Origin: an uncultured virus (IMG/VR IMGVR_UViG_3300028797_000105)
Taxonomy: Duplodnaviria > Heunggongvirae > Uroviricota > Caudoviricetes
Direction: 5' to 3' (one strand)
Length of the DNA stretch: 64,000 nt
IMG/VR virus record: IMGVR_UViG_3300028797_000105
In this document: piece after piece, positions 41,887-51,113 of the stretch
Position numbering within the stretch: position 1 is the stretch's first letter
Layout of the letters: each line of letters opens with the position of its first letter
The notes under the pieces: model-generated
The model's input: only the letters and a program-made list of their open reading frames with translations
Database searches by the model: none
Told to the model about the DNA's origin: nothing
Program-made: the position numbers and the translations under genes

Positions 41887-42441
41887 ATGGACTACATAAA
41901 AAACTATAATAATTTCATTTGTGAGAAACTCGTGTATGAGAAGGACGGCACGAAAAAGCGTGTAAAAAGGCACAAGAGTTCTGATGAACTGACACGTGTC
42001 GGCTACCTTGAAATGGTGCGTGTTCCGAAAATCGGAGATTTTGTTGCGAAGTTTGACAGCGGTAACGGAACTGTGTCATCCATTATGTGCGACAAATATG
42101 AGGTTGATGGCGATTATGTGAACTGGGAAATCAACGGCAAGAAACTGCGTTCAAAGAAATGGAAGAAATCGGTTGTTTTGAACAGAAATGGTGAAGAGCG
42201 TATAAGTGTGCTTCTTGATGTTGAGTTTAATGGTGATTCTTATCAAGTTCCTTTTGCTCTTGTTGACCGTTCAAAGAATTTTGTGAAAATGCTTGTGAAC
42301 AGATTGTTTATGAACACCTGCCACGTTATGGTGGACACATCCACGACATTCCTTATCACGAAGAAGCCGAAGGGCTATACCAGAATGGTAAAAGGCGATG
42401 CCTTGAAGTACAACGGGATTTATTTTAACAAAGACGAATAG
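41887..42441 (+). CDS. RimK-associated retropepsin-like aspartic protease family protein
   Basis: AKFDSG motif and L.DRS....MLVNR.FM motif. Confidence 0.7.
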   Translation: MDYIKNYNNFICEKLVYEKDGTKKRVKRHKSSDELTRVGYLEMVRVPKIGDFVAKFDSGNGTVSSIMCDKYEVDGDYVNWEINGKKLRSKKWKKSVVLNRNGEERISVLLDVEFNGDSYQVPFALVDRSKNFVKMLVNRLFMNTCHVMVDTSTTFLITKKPKGYTRMVKGDALKYNGIYFNKDE

Positions 42442-42852
42442 ATGGAGATATTATCATACGAGTTGTTTGAGAAGATGACGTACACAAGGAAAACCATAAA
42501 GGAAGCCTTGCGTACAAGTTTTGTCGTTTTTGAGTACATCAAGCGTGATGGCTCTCGCAGGACGGCATACGGAACTCTTATTGACAGCTATATCCGCCAG
42601 CATTGGAAACCGAAAGGCGGCTCGTATTCCATAGAGGTATGCAAGGCACTCGGCTATATTCAGTATTGGGATTTGGAACGCAACAATTTCAGACAATTCA
42701 GAATAAAGGATTCTGGTGTCAATATAGTTGAGACATTCTCGTCTTATTCACAGATTGTAAGTGCATATCCGATTTTATCACATCATAAGGCAAAACCGAA
42801 ATATCCTATGTTTGGTAAACTTAAACTTGCACATCCCAAAAAACATCATTAG
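42442..42852 (+). CDS. WYL_2/SH3-like (DUF2693) protein
   Basis: VFEYIKRDGSRR.AYGTL..YWDLE..FRQFR. Confidence 0.75.
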   Translation: MEILSYELFEKMTYTRKTIKEALRTSFVVFEYIKRDGSRRTAYGTLIDSYIRQHWKPKGGSYSIEVCKALGYIQYWDLERNNFRQFRIKDSGVNIVETFSSYSQIVSAYPILSHHKAKPKYPMFGKLKLAHPKKHH

Positions 42853-42894
42853 TCTGAACGAAAGTCCGTAATTTTTATTATATATAATAAAAGA

Positions 42895-44209
42895 CGGAAT
42901 TATCCCTTTTAGTCTTGTAAAATGTGAATAGTATAAATAGAGTATAGGATTTCAATCATATGGAAAGGATGTACACATACAAGTTTAGGTTGTATCCGAA
43001 CAGAGAGCAGCAGGTTTACCTTGCAAATGTGTTCGGCTGTTGCAGGCTTGTGTACAACTATTTCCTCAATGATAAGAAAACCCAATACAATGAATCCAAG
43101 ACAAGTGATTTCTACAATGCCCAACAGTCTAAACTGACCAAACTCCGCAAGACTGAAGGATTCGAGTTTTTGAATGCCGTTCCTTTGCAATCACTTCAAT
43201 GCAGTTTAAGAAATATGCACACTGCGTATGACAATTTCTACAAACATAGAAGTTCTTATCCGAAGTTTAAGAACAGAAGGGACAAGCAGTCGTTCAAGAT
43301 TGCACAACCCAACACATTCCATATAAAAGATGGTATGCTATACATTCCGAAACTCAAAAGCGGAATAGACATCGTGGTTTCCAAAAAAATAACTGGCAAG
43401 ATTTGTTTTGCCACAATATCAAAGAACAAGGCTGGCCGTTATTATATAACAATTACAGTCAAACAGAATTATACACCAAATAATAAAACCAATGAACGTG
43501 TCGGTCTTGACCTCGGAATAAAGGAGTTGATTATCACAAGCAAGGGATTTAAATATGCAAGCAAACGCAGCATAATCAGAAAATACAAGAGAAAACTGAA
43601 AAAGTATCAGAGATGTCTTGCAAGGAAGGTTTATGGGAGCAAAAGATACGAAAACCAAGTGTTGAAATGCAACCGAATCTATCAGAAAATTACAGACATC
43701 AAAACTGATTACATACATAAAATAACCACAGAACTGGTTAGACAATTTGACTTGATTAAAGTTGAGGATTTGAATGTTAAAGGAATGATGAAAAATCATA
43801 AGTTGGCGGAGTCTATCTCTGAATGCAACTGGTATCAATTCATTCAGACACTTGAATACAAATGCAGGTGGAACGGCAAGACTATGATGAAAGTTGACAG
43901 ATACTACCCGTCAAGCCAGATGTGTTCTGAATGTGGTTATATAAACAAGAAAGTCAAAAATCTGGGTGTAAGATATTGGACTTGTCCTAACTGCGGTGCT
44001 CATCACGACAGAGACATCAACGCAGCGAAGAACAACGAGCAATATGAACCAGATGAATGGCAAAGACATATCTCGGCAAGGAATGCCGAGTACGGTCGTG
44101 GAGCTGTGTATCAACCGTTTGCAAAACCCAAGAAAACTGGTGAGCACTCGGACAGCAATGAAGCGACTATTGAACTTGAAGTTTAACAAAATTAAAAAGG
44201 ATAATTCCG
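42895..44209 (+). mobile_element. TIR-bounded TnpB-only element, copy 2
   Basis: 21/25 inverted repeat CGGAATTATCC... / ...GGATAATTCCG, flanked by AAAGA direct repeats (42890-42894, 44210-44214). Confidence 0.85.
42960..44186 (+). CDS. tnpB: RNA-guided endonuclease TnpB
   Basis: Same motifs as copy 1; D-E-D intact. Confidence 0.95.
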   Translation: MERMYTYKFRLYPNREQQVYLANVFGCCRLVYNYFLNDKKTQYNESKTSDFYNAQQSKLTKLRKTEGFEFLNAVPLQSLQCSLRNMHTAYDNFYKHRSSYPKFKNRRDKQSFKIAQPNTFHIKDGMLYIPKLKSGIDIVVSKKITGKICFATISKNKAGRYYITITVKQNYTPNNKTNERVGLDLGIKELIITSKGFKYASKRSIIRKYKRKLKKYQRCLARKVYGSKRYENQVLKCNRIYQKITDIKTDYIHKITTELVRQFDLIKVEDLNVKGMMKNHKLAESISECNWYQFIQTLEYKCRWNGKTMMKVDRYYPSSQMCSECGYINKKVKNLGVRYWTCPNCGAHHDRDINAAKNNEQYEPDEWQRHISARNAEYGRGAVYQPFAKPKKTGEHSDSNEATIELEV

Positions 44210-44224
44210 AAAGATATAAATTAA

Positions 44225-44587
44225 ATGGGACGTAAAAGAGGAAAGAATTATATAGACCCTACAGATTTTTACAATGAAATGCTTATATCGCTTGAAAAGG
44301 ATGAACTCACACCCAATGCGATAGCGTATTGTCAAGTGCTTATTGAGCGGGTTAGCCGTTGCAACCATTATGATTCAAAGGAAGATGCGGAGGATTGCAA
44401 GGCTCACGCAATGATGAACATATTGAGGTATTGGCGGAACTTTGACCCAGACAAGTATAAAAATCCGTTTAACTATTTCACGAGTTATGCTTGGACTGGT
44501 CTTGCGCAGGGCTGGAACACGATTCATCCGAAATCGGAGGCTGACTTTGTGAAGATACCGATTCAGTGTTTTGACGATTCAAATTAG
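44225..44587 (+). CDS. T4 gp55-like late sigma factor
   Basis: NYI...F and NFDPDKYKNPFNYFT motifs, consistent with the TATAAATA promoters. Confidence 0.8.
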   Translation: MGRKRGKNYIDPTDFYNEMLISLEKDELTPNAIAYCQVLIERVSRCNHYDSKEDAEDCKAHAMMNILRYWRNFDPDKYKNPFNYFTSYAWTGLAQGWNTIHPKSEADFVKIPIQCFDDSN

Positions 44588-45161
44588 GATTTTTCTTTTT
44601 CAGGTTTTTGTTTTGTTTCTTGTATTGGATGATTGTTTCGACAAGACGGGTTTTTTGCTTGTCTGTCAGTTCTTCCAAATTAACGGATTCACCCTCGCTG
44701 AATACGAAGTTTGAAACATTGTCAAGTTTTTTCTCTATGGAGAAAAGCTCCGCATTTGCTTTTTGTATTTTTATGTGTATGCTTCCGAGTTCATTTCCGA
44801 GATTTGCGAGTTTGCTCTTTTTGCTTGAAATCTCGCCGTTTATGATGTTCAAGTTCGTTGTGTTCTTGATTATCTGCATCTCGCACCAAGTTTTCAAAAA
44901 CGACTTCAGTTCACTGATTTTATCATAAATGAGCAGTCCCCCGTTTATGGTGACTGTGTATTTTGCGTTAAGTGACAGCAGAACGTTTATGCTGTTTGCG
45001 TTTATCGGACTGATGTGGTCTGATATTCTTATTTTGTGCTCGCAGATTTTTACATAGATTGAGTTTGACCTTTCGCTATTGTGGTCAAATTCGCATCCGC
45101 ACGATAGCAGGTGCTTTTTGATGTTTGTCAATGTTGCCTTGACTTGCCTTTGTGTTAACAT
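44478..45161 (-). CDS. Hypothetical protein; 3' end overlaps the gp55-like gene by 110 nt
   Basis: SIYVK...KIRISDH motif followed by a coiled coil. Confidence 0.6.
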   Translation of the reverse strand: MLTQRQVKATLTNIKKHLLSCGCEFDHNSERSNSIYVKICEHKIRISDHISPINANSINVLLSLNAKYTVTINGGLLIYDKISELKSFLKTWCEMQIIKNTTNLNIINGEISSKKSKLANLGNELGSIHIKIQKANAELFSIEKKLDNVSNFVFSEGESVNLEELTDKQKTRLVETIIQYKKQNKNLKKKNPNLNRQNTESVSSQSQPPISDESCSSPAQDQSKHNS

Positions 45162-45211
45162 ATTATTTGTCTTTTTGTTTGGCTGTATGTTTGCCGTCTT
45201 TTTGTTCCGAT

Positions 45212-45517
45212 TTAGTCATTTTCTTTTGCTTCACGTTCCATCAATTCAACAACCGAATAGAAAACGAAACAGTCTATTGTTTGGTAACACCATCTCTGCT
45301 TGTATTTTGACCAATGCTTGATTATGACAAGATGCTCAAATTCGTCTTTCTTTCTGAATTGTCTGTCAGTTTGGTATCCGACAATGGTGTATTTGTTTCT
45401 GTCGCTCCACACGACCTTTTTTCCTACTGGATATGCTTTTTCCAGAGATTCCGTGTTCGGGAATTTTTCAATGAATTGTTCGTAACTTATCATTTCTTGT
45501 TTGTTTTTGGAATACAT
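45212..45517 (-). CDS. Hypothetical protein
   Basis: Coupled to the upstream ORF. Confidence 0.6.
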   Translation of the reverse strand: MYSKNKQEMISYEQFIEKFPNTESLEKAYPVGKKVVWSDRNKYTIVGYQTDRQFRKKDEFEHLVIIKHWSKYKQRWCYQTIDCFVFYSVVELMEREAKEND

Positions 45518-45783
45518 TATTCGCTGTGCCCGTCCTCTGCAAGAATCCTCGGCTCACCGCTTGCGGTAACACCTTCCAGTTCAGACCAGTTTTCTTTTTG
45601 GTAATAATAGTCGTACTCAACTGGGTTTCCGTCATCGTCCTTGTACTTGTCAAAAAGCCAGTCAAGACCGAACTCTTCTGCGGTTTCGTGGAAAACTTTA
45701 TGTGCTTCTTCTGCGCTGTTGGCGGCAACAACGATAAGCCCACCGCTGTAACCTCCGCTTCTTTTATTGACGAATACTTTCAT
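45517..45783 (-). CDS. Hypothetical early protein
   Basis: First gene after a host-type promoter; IVVAANSAEEA motif. Confidence 0.65.
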   Translation of the reverse strand: MKVFVNKRSGGYSGGLIVVAANSAEEAHKVFHETAEEFGLDWLFDKYKDDDGNPVEYDYYYQKENWSELEGVTASGEPRILAEDGHSE

Positions 45784-45808
45784 AGTGCAATCTGTTTAAC
45801 TCGACATT

Positions 45809-45877
45809 GCAAAAATACAAAAAGATTTCATATAGCCAACAACTTTTTTCAAAAAGTTATCAACAATGTTATTAACA
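45809..45877 (-). promoter_or_regulatory. Bacteroidota-type promoter with paired DnaA-box-like 9-mers
   Basis: Minus-strand TATTTTTGC (45809-45817); TTATCAACA at 45857 and TTATTAACA at 45869. Confidence 0.65.
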
Positions 45878-45906
45878 AGAAATATAATGTGTTGTGTTTC
45901 TTTATT

Positions 45907-46718
45907 CTAATCGTTATAATATATTAGAATATCTTTTAATAGTGCTGTTGTGTTTGCTACACCAGAATATCCACAAAAATAGTTGTAATGCGTATTAAAA
46001 AAACACTGCCATCTATTATTTGTTTGTCTGCTTCCGTAATAGAATATACCCATATTGGTTTCATCTTGATATCCTATTAGCGTATCATTGTCAAATACTG
46101 AAATTCTATAGTAAAATTCTTCATTTCCTATGTCTATGTGTTCTATTTTAAAACGATACCATTTGTTTGAGACTATTCCGCTTGCAAGCGTGAGTTGGAT
46201 GTTGTTTCCTAATGTTGAGTTTACATATAAAATGAAACTTGTTCCGTATTGGTATAAGTCCATTGTTTTTGCTCCACTAACAGCACCACCAGCATCACGG
46301 TCACTGTTGTTTATTATTATTTTTCTATTGTTGTTTACTTGGTTGGGATAATAACTGAACTCAAGTGTTTTACCTATAAGGTTGCACCAGTTACTACTGG
46401 TTGTGCTTGCAGTTAAATAGCATTTGTAAATTGTTGGGTCATTTTCGTTTGGTTCAAGTACATTCGGCATTCTAAAAATGCTGTAACAACCTTTCATTCT
46501 TGTTGACGTACCTCTTTTTAAGCATCTTCTTGTTGGGTCTGTCGGGTCTGTTGTGTAAACTATTTCAAACCAATATCCGTTTCCATCTCGGCAATTTGGT
46601 ATGTCATACATTGTAGAGCAATTAACACCAGTTGTTTCTTCTATAAGGTTTCCGTTAAGCCTCATATCACAACAAATACGTTTTGCCCCCCCCCATTAAC
46701 TTGGTATTCTTTTCTCAT
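45907..46718 (-). CDS. Beta-sandwich (lectin/ConA-like) late protein split by a G9 tract
   Basis: Main ORF 45907-46665; an upstream 18-codon ORF from 46718 joins it in frame if the tract is G10 or G7. Confidence 0.55.
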
Positions 46719-46767
46719 AAAAAATGATTTTTGTATATTTATAAGTTGTTTGACTTATAAATTGCAT

Positions 46768-47175
46768 TTATAAGTCATTTGGCTTATATTCTGATATAAC
46801 TTCAACATTAAGTCTGCAAATTGTTCCTATCCTTTCTCCACTTTTATTGAAGCAGGCCGCATCTGCTCCGTATGGAAAACAGCAATTAAACGCCTTTATG
46901 TTACAATATATTATTCCAAATCTATTGTCGTATGGGAAGTATGCGAAATAGTCCACGCAGTTTTCGTCATAATTTTTATCGTTATATATCTTTGCTAAAG
47001 ACAAGTCAATGTCTATTACCGTACATTTTACATCAACAATAGTATCTTCGTCACGCACGCCATAATGACGTTTGTGTTCTGGATTTAATCCAAAATGTGT
47101 AAGTATATATCCGTATGTTTCTGACTTTTTTAATACGGCTTTTTCTGTGAATGTGTAACCAATCTCTGGAATCAT
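46768..47175 (-). CDS. Hypothetical protein
   Basis: 135-aa ORF. Confidence 0.65.
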   Translation of the reverse strand: MIPEIGYTFTEKAVLKKSETYGYILTHFGLNPEHKRHYGVRDEDTIVDVKCTVIDIDLSLAKIYNDKNYDENCVDYFAYFPYDNRFGIIYCNIKAFNCCFPYGADAACFNKSGERIGTICRLNVEVISEYKPNDL

Positions 47176-47198
47176 ATATCGTTTTTATTATATATAAT

Positions 47199-47226
47199 AA
47201 AAAAGGAGGGTGTTTAGCCCTCCTTT
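47199..47226 (-). terminator. Terminator after the tail sheath gene
   Basis: A-run GGAGGG-TGTTTAG-CCCTCC. Confidence 0.75.
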
Positions 47227-47245
47227 GCTTTTAATCGGAAACCGA

Positions 47246-50200
47246 TTATTCAAACGTTCCGCTTTCAATGACACCCGTTCTCAAAATTGTGAGTTTTTGA
47301 ACGAGGATATCCATTGCACGGGCGGGTTCGATGAAGATGTCAATCACACCCATATTGTGGTCGATAACTTCGTCATCGTTGTTTGATTTGTCCATAACGG
47401 TCTTGAAGTCGTAAACGCCGCCGTTGTTCTTCACCATATCAATGAAGTTATCCACAAGGGTTTTGATTTCAAGTCTTGTTTGTGCGTTGTTCACTTCAAA
47501 CAAGTAGTTGCGCAAAATCTTTTCAACGCCGTCTTGAATGTAGATACAAGCCTCACGGCAGTTGATTTCGCTCAAAGCGGATTTAGGTGTTTGCTTTGCG
47601 GTCTTGTTTGCATAGATAACGCAGCCGACACCGTTTTGGTAAATGATTGAGTTGATACCAGCAGGTTCTAACCAATCACGGTTATCACGAACCAGAGTTG
47701 ATTCAACACCAACCACGTTGTTGCCGCTAATCACACCTTTGTTCTGTCCTGCAACTGCGTTCCAAGGCATACCAGTATCGTATTTTGCGACATAGTTGTT
47801 TGAAACGTATGCGGCAGGCGGAACATTGATTGTTGTGTAGTTTGAATACACTTTGAGGTATGGATAGTAGTAAGCACCCCAAGTTGCTCCGTGTGCAACG
47901 TCTGGCAGGCTGAACAAGAATGACGGGTTCTTGTCTGGGTCGCCGCCCTTTGCGATGAACTCTGCTGAAACGGATTTGTTCTTATCAACAAATGACGGGT
48001 CTTCGGAGTTCTTGAAATCGTTGCTTGAAGGTGCGTTGATGATTGCGAAAGCGGATTTTCTTTCAGAGCAGAGCATTGTGTATTGCTCTTTGCAGGACTC
48101 TTCAATGCCAAGGCCAAATGTATCAACCAGATAACGGAACTGGATGAGTTCACGGTCGATGAGAGCGTTGAACAAGTTGCTGTCTGGAGAATCCTTTGCA
48201 ATCATATTGAGGATTTCGTGCTGGCGTTCATTTGTGCCGTCTGGCATATGGGATTTCTTCATCTCAAATCCAGTAAGAGTGAACACGTTGTAGTGTGTAA
48301 ACCATTCAGCGATGTCGCTGAAACATTCGGTTGAACACCAACCACCATATTGGTTTGTGGTGTATGTTACGATATCCACATTGTCTTGGCAAGCCACCCT
48401 TCTCCATTCAACCAATCCGTTGCTGTCTGCAACACCAGTTATTTCAACTATTCTTGTCAAACGATGGTTATCGCCGTCTTTTGAAAGGATGAAATTACCA
48501 AGTTTCACACAATCGTAGGAATGGTCATCAACATTGGCTGGAATAAAGAACTCGTTGTCTTTTGCAACATATCCTTCGATTTCCTTTTTGACATTGATTG
48601 TCATTTCAAAGTTTTTAGCACCAAGTTTAATTATAATGCCTTCACTTGGAACTGTAACAGAAACTGGTGTCTGTTCACCTTCTTCTCCCTCCATAGGCAC
48701 ACACATAACATAATCTGGCATAAATGCTTCTGCTACGATATTCTTGCCATTTATTGAGGAGATTTTATAGATGTTATCAAACCAGTCAACATCATATTCA
48801 ACTTCATTTTCATCAACGATTTTGTCGTTTGTTGATAATGCTGTACGTGATTTATATACATCGCTTCCTTCGAGGAAAATGTATTGTTGGTCTGAATATG
48901 CAACATAACCATAATTGAAGTCTGATGACATTATATAGTTTGTTGTTGCTGTTGGAACATCAGAAGATGTCATATCAGTATCAGATTTCAGAGTGATGAC
49001 ATATTTTACGATAGGGTGTGCAACTCTTGTTTCGTTGTTGGTATCCTTGTAAAATGCGGGTTGCGGGTCAGTACCAGTTGTTCCGTTTATCACGTCTTTT
49101 ACATTTGACGGAATTGATGCTGTGTCTTTGTAACCGTTAATGGTTGTTTTTGACATAGACACTACTGGCCACAATTCTCCGCCAAAATCAAAATATACCT
49201 TGTTTCCAGTTTTGACTGCTTTGAGTATATTCTCATAAGCGAATGCGTCTTGTGCGGTTACATCAGCAGTTGTGTCATCAGTTGGTTCTACATAAGAATA
49301 TTGACTTCCGTTTACTGATTCGGCATAATAATACACATATCTTGTGATTGTTTTGTTGTTTGTTTTGTTGTCAATACAAATGAGACCGCCTTTACCATCT
49401 TCTTGGTCACGTGTTGTTGTAATGTTGTTGAAGGATTGTTCTGTTACACCAGTTAACGCATAATCGTCAGAACCACTTCCATCGCCAATATTTAAGTTTT
49501 CAACTTCATTATCTTTAAGTTTTCCACTTATGTTGCCGTTGTAACTTAAGAAATTAACATTGGAATATCCATCATTGGCGATTGCATCGTAGAGTGAATG
49601 ACCAACCATATCAATACCGTAGCGTGCGCCATCAAGTTTGGTGTCGCCGTCAAAAATCTGTTCGTTCACGGAACACATAAGGCCGTTGGTTGCGGTGTCG
49701 CTGTTAATCATATATTCAATATAGATGTTGCGACCATTCTTGTCCACAAGTCCAGGTATAAGTGAACCCGTGTACTTTCCAATGAGTTTCACGTCTGGTT
49801 CATTCAAGAACTGCGTGAGCATAGTGTCGGTAGTGTCATCGGCATTTTTGCGTCTGATAAAACCTTTAACTTTGTCAAAGTATTTTCCGAATTTGATGTC
49901 GGAAGCGAATCTCTTGTAAGGCTCGCCGTGTTCTTCGTCAAAGTCGCCGCCCCAGTTTCCTGCGAACACATATACGTCAACCATAAAGTCGCTCATATAA
50001 GAAGTGTCGTGCAGATAGGAAGGAACGTTTCCTTTTCCATACCATTCTTGTGCGGTCACCTTGAAGTTCTTTGAGTTGTAGGCGTTAGCCCTTGTAACGA
50101 TTACGGACACTGGTGATTTGCCGATGTTCGTGAAGTTTAAAAGTGTGTTTGTTGAATGGTCTTCATAGTAATTCTTCCTGCCGATTGTGTAAAGGAATGA

Positions 50201-50638
50201 TTCCTCTGATGGCGTGTAGAAATTTTCTATGTTGTACATACCACGATAGTCAAAGTGGTTGCCTTCAGCCTGCGGGTCTTTGTCTTGTGCCTCTGAACCA
50301 GCGGATGTTGAAAAACGCATAGCATCAACAACATCTTCGTCTGTAAGTTTCAGAAGATTAAGGCAGTAGATAGGACCTGCGGACAATGCAGCCAGACAGC
50401 TTCTGTGGAAGTACGAACCTTTTTTCTCCAATGAACGGTCAATGTCGCCGAATGTGTTCAAAAACTCACGAGTGTTCTGTATGAACACTGGTGTATTGAA
50501 CGGCCCAGTTTTTGAGAAACCGACCAACATTCTAACATTTTCCAACGGAGTAGCCGTGTCCATAGTAACGGACTGGTCACGTTCAAATCTGTAAGTTCCT
50601 GCTGATTTGAGACCGTAAAGTTCTGTTGAAAGTGCCAT
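47246..50638 (-). CDS. Contractile tail sheath protein
   Basis: SAGTYRFERD, GFSKTGPFNTP, YYPY..VPPAA, GINSI and FEVNNAQTR..IFIEP motifs. Confidence 0.9.
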   Translation of the reverse strand: MALSTELYGLKSAGTYRFERDQSVTMDTATPLENVRMLVGFSKTGPFNTPVFIQNTREFLNTFGDIDRSLEKKGSYFHRSCLAALSAGPIYCLNLLKLTDEDVVDAMRFSTSAGSEAQDKDPQAEGNHFDYRGMYNIENFYTPSEESFLYTIGRKNYYEDHSTNTLLNFTNIGKSPVSVIVTRANAYNSKNFKVTAQEWYGKGNVPSYLHDTSYMSDFMVDVYVFAGNWGGDFDEEHGEPYKRFASDIKFGKYFDKVKGFIRRKNADDTTDTMLTQFLNEPDVKLIGKYTGSLIPGLVDKNGRNIYIEYMINSDTATNGLMCSVNEQIFDGDTKLDGARYGIDMVGHSLYDAIANDGYSNVNFLSYNGNISGKLKDNEVENLNIGDGSGSDDYALTGVTEQSFNNITTTRDQEDGKGGLICIDNKTNNKTITRYVYYYAESVNGSQYSYVEPTDDTTADVTAQDAFAYENILKAVKTGNKVYFDFGGELWPVVSMSKTTINGYKDTASIPSNVKDVINGTTGTDPQPAFYKDTNNETRVAHPIVKYVITLKSDTDMTSSDVPTATTNYIMSSDFNYGYVAYSDQQYIFLEGSDVYKSRTALSTNDKIVDENEVEYDVDWFDNIYKISSINGKNIVAEAFMPDYVMCVPMEGEEGEQTPVSVTVPSEGIIIKLGAKNFEMTINVKKEIEGYVAKDNEFFIPANVDDHSYDCVKLGNFILSKDGDNHRLTRIVEITGVADSNGLVEWRRVACQDNVDIVTYTTNQYGGWCSTECFSDIAEWFTHYNVFTLTGFEMKKSHMPDGTNERQHEILNMIAKDSPDSNLFNALIDRELIQFRYLVDTFGLGIEESCKEQYTMLCSERKSAFAIINAPSSNDFKNSEDPSFVDKNKSVSAEFIAKGGDPDKNPSFLFSLPDVAHGATWGAYYYPYLKVYSNYTTINVPPAAYVSNNYVAKYDTGMPWNAVAGQNKGVISGNNVVGVESTLVRDNRDWLEPAGINSIIYQNGVGCVIYANKTAKQTPKSALSEINCREACIYIQDGVEKILRNYLFEVNNAQTRLEIKTLVDNFIDMVKNNGGVYDFKTVMDKSNNDDEVIDHNMGVIDIFIEPARAMDILVQKLTILRTGVIESGTFE

Positions 50639-50766
50639 AATTATGAATATATTTTAATGCAAATACAAATGTATTTTGTATTATTTATACGAGTGATTTT
50701 TTCGCTTTTTTCTTTGTTCATTTTTTCTGATTTTTTATTATATTACTATGTAGAAAAATTGTAATT

Positions 50767-51102
50767 ATGACAATAGAAGAAATTTTGTATCAAATAGAAA
50801 CCGTACCAGAGATTGTGGGGTGGTTTCTTTCTGTGCGTACATCGGAGAATATAACCTCAAACTATCACGGAAAGGATATTGATGAATTTAAGCGGCTTGT
50901 GCGTGAAGCTGACAAAAATTCAGACCCAGAGGGTAATGTGCCGATTATACATTTTGTTTTCTTCCACGATGGCCACGCCAATTCGTTTATGGAGAACAAG
51001 TTATGGAACGCACTTGACTACGAAACCTATGATTCGCATCTTCACGCAAATGTGCCTTATATCGGCGAGGACGGCGAGTTCTACAATTTCAGTCTTTTGT
51101 AA
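50767..51102 (+). CDS. Hypothetical protein
   Basis: 111-aa ORF after the TTTTTATTATAT motif. Confidence 0.6.
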   Translation: MTIEEILYQIETVPEIVGWFLSVRTSENITSNYHGKDIDEFKRLVREADKNSDPEGNVPIIHFVFFHDGHANSFMENKLWNALDYETYDSHLHANVPYIGEDGEFYNFSLL

Positions 51103-51113
51103 ATAAAACGAAA

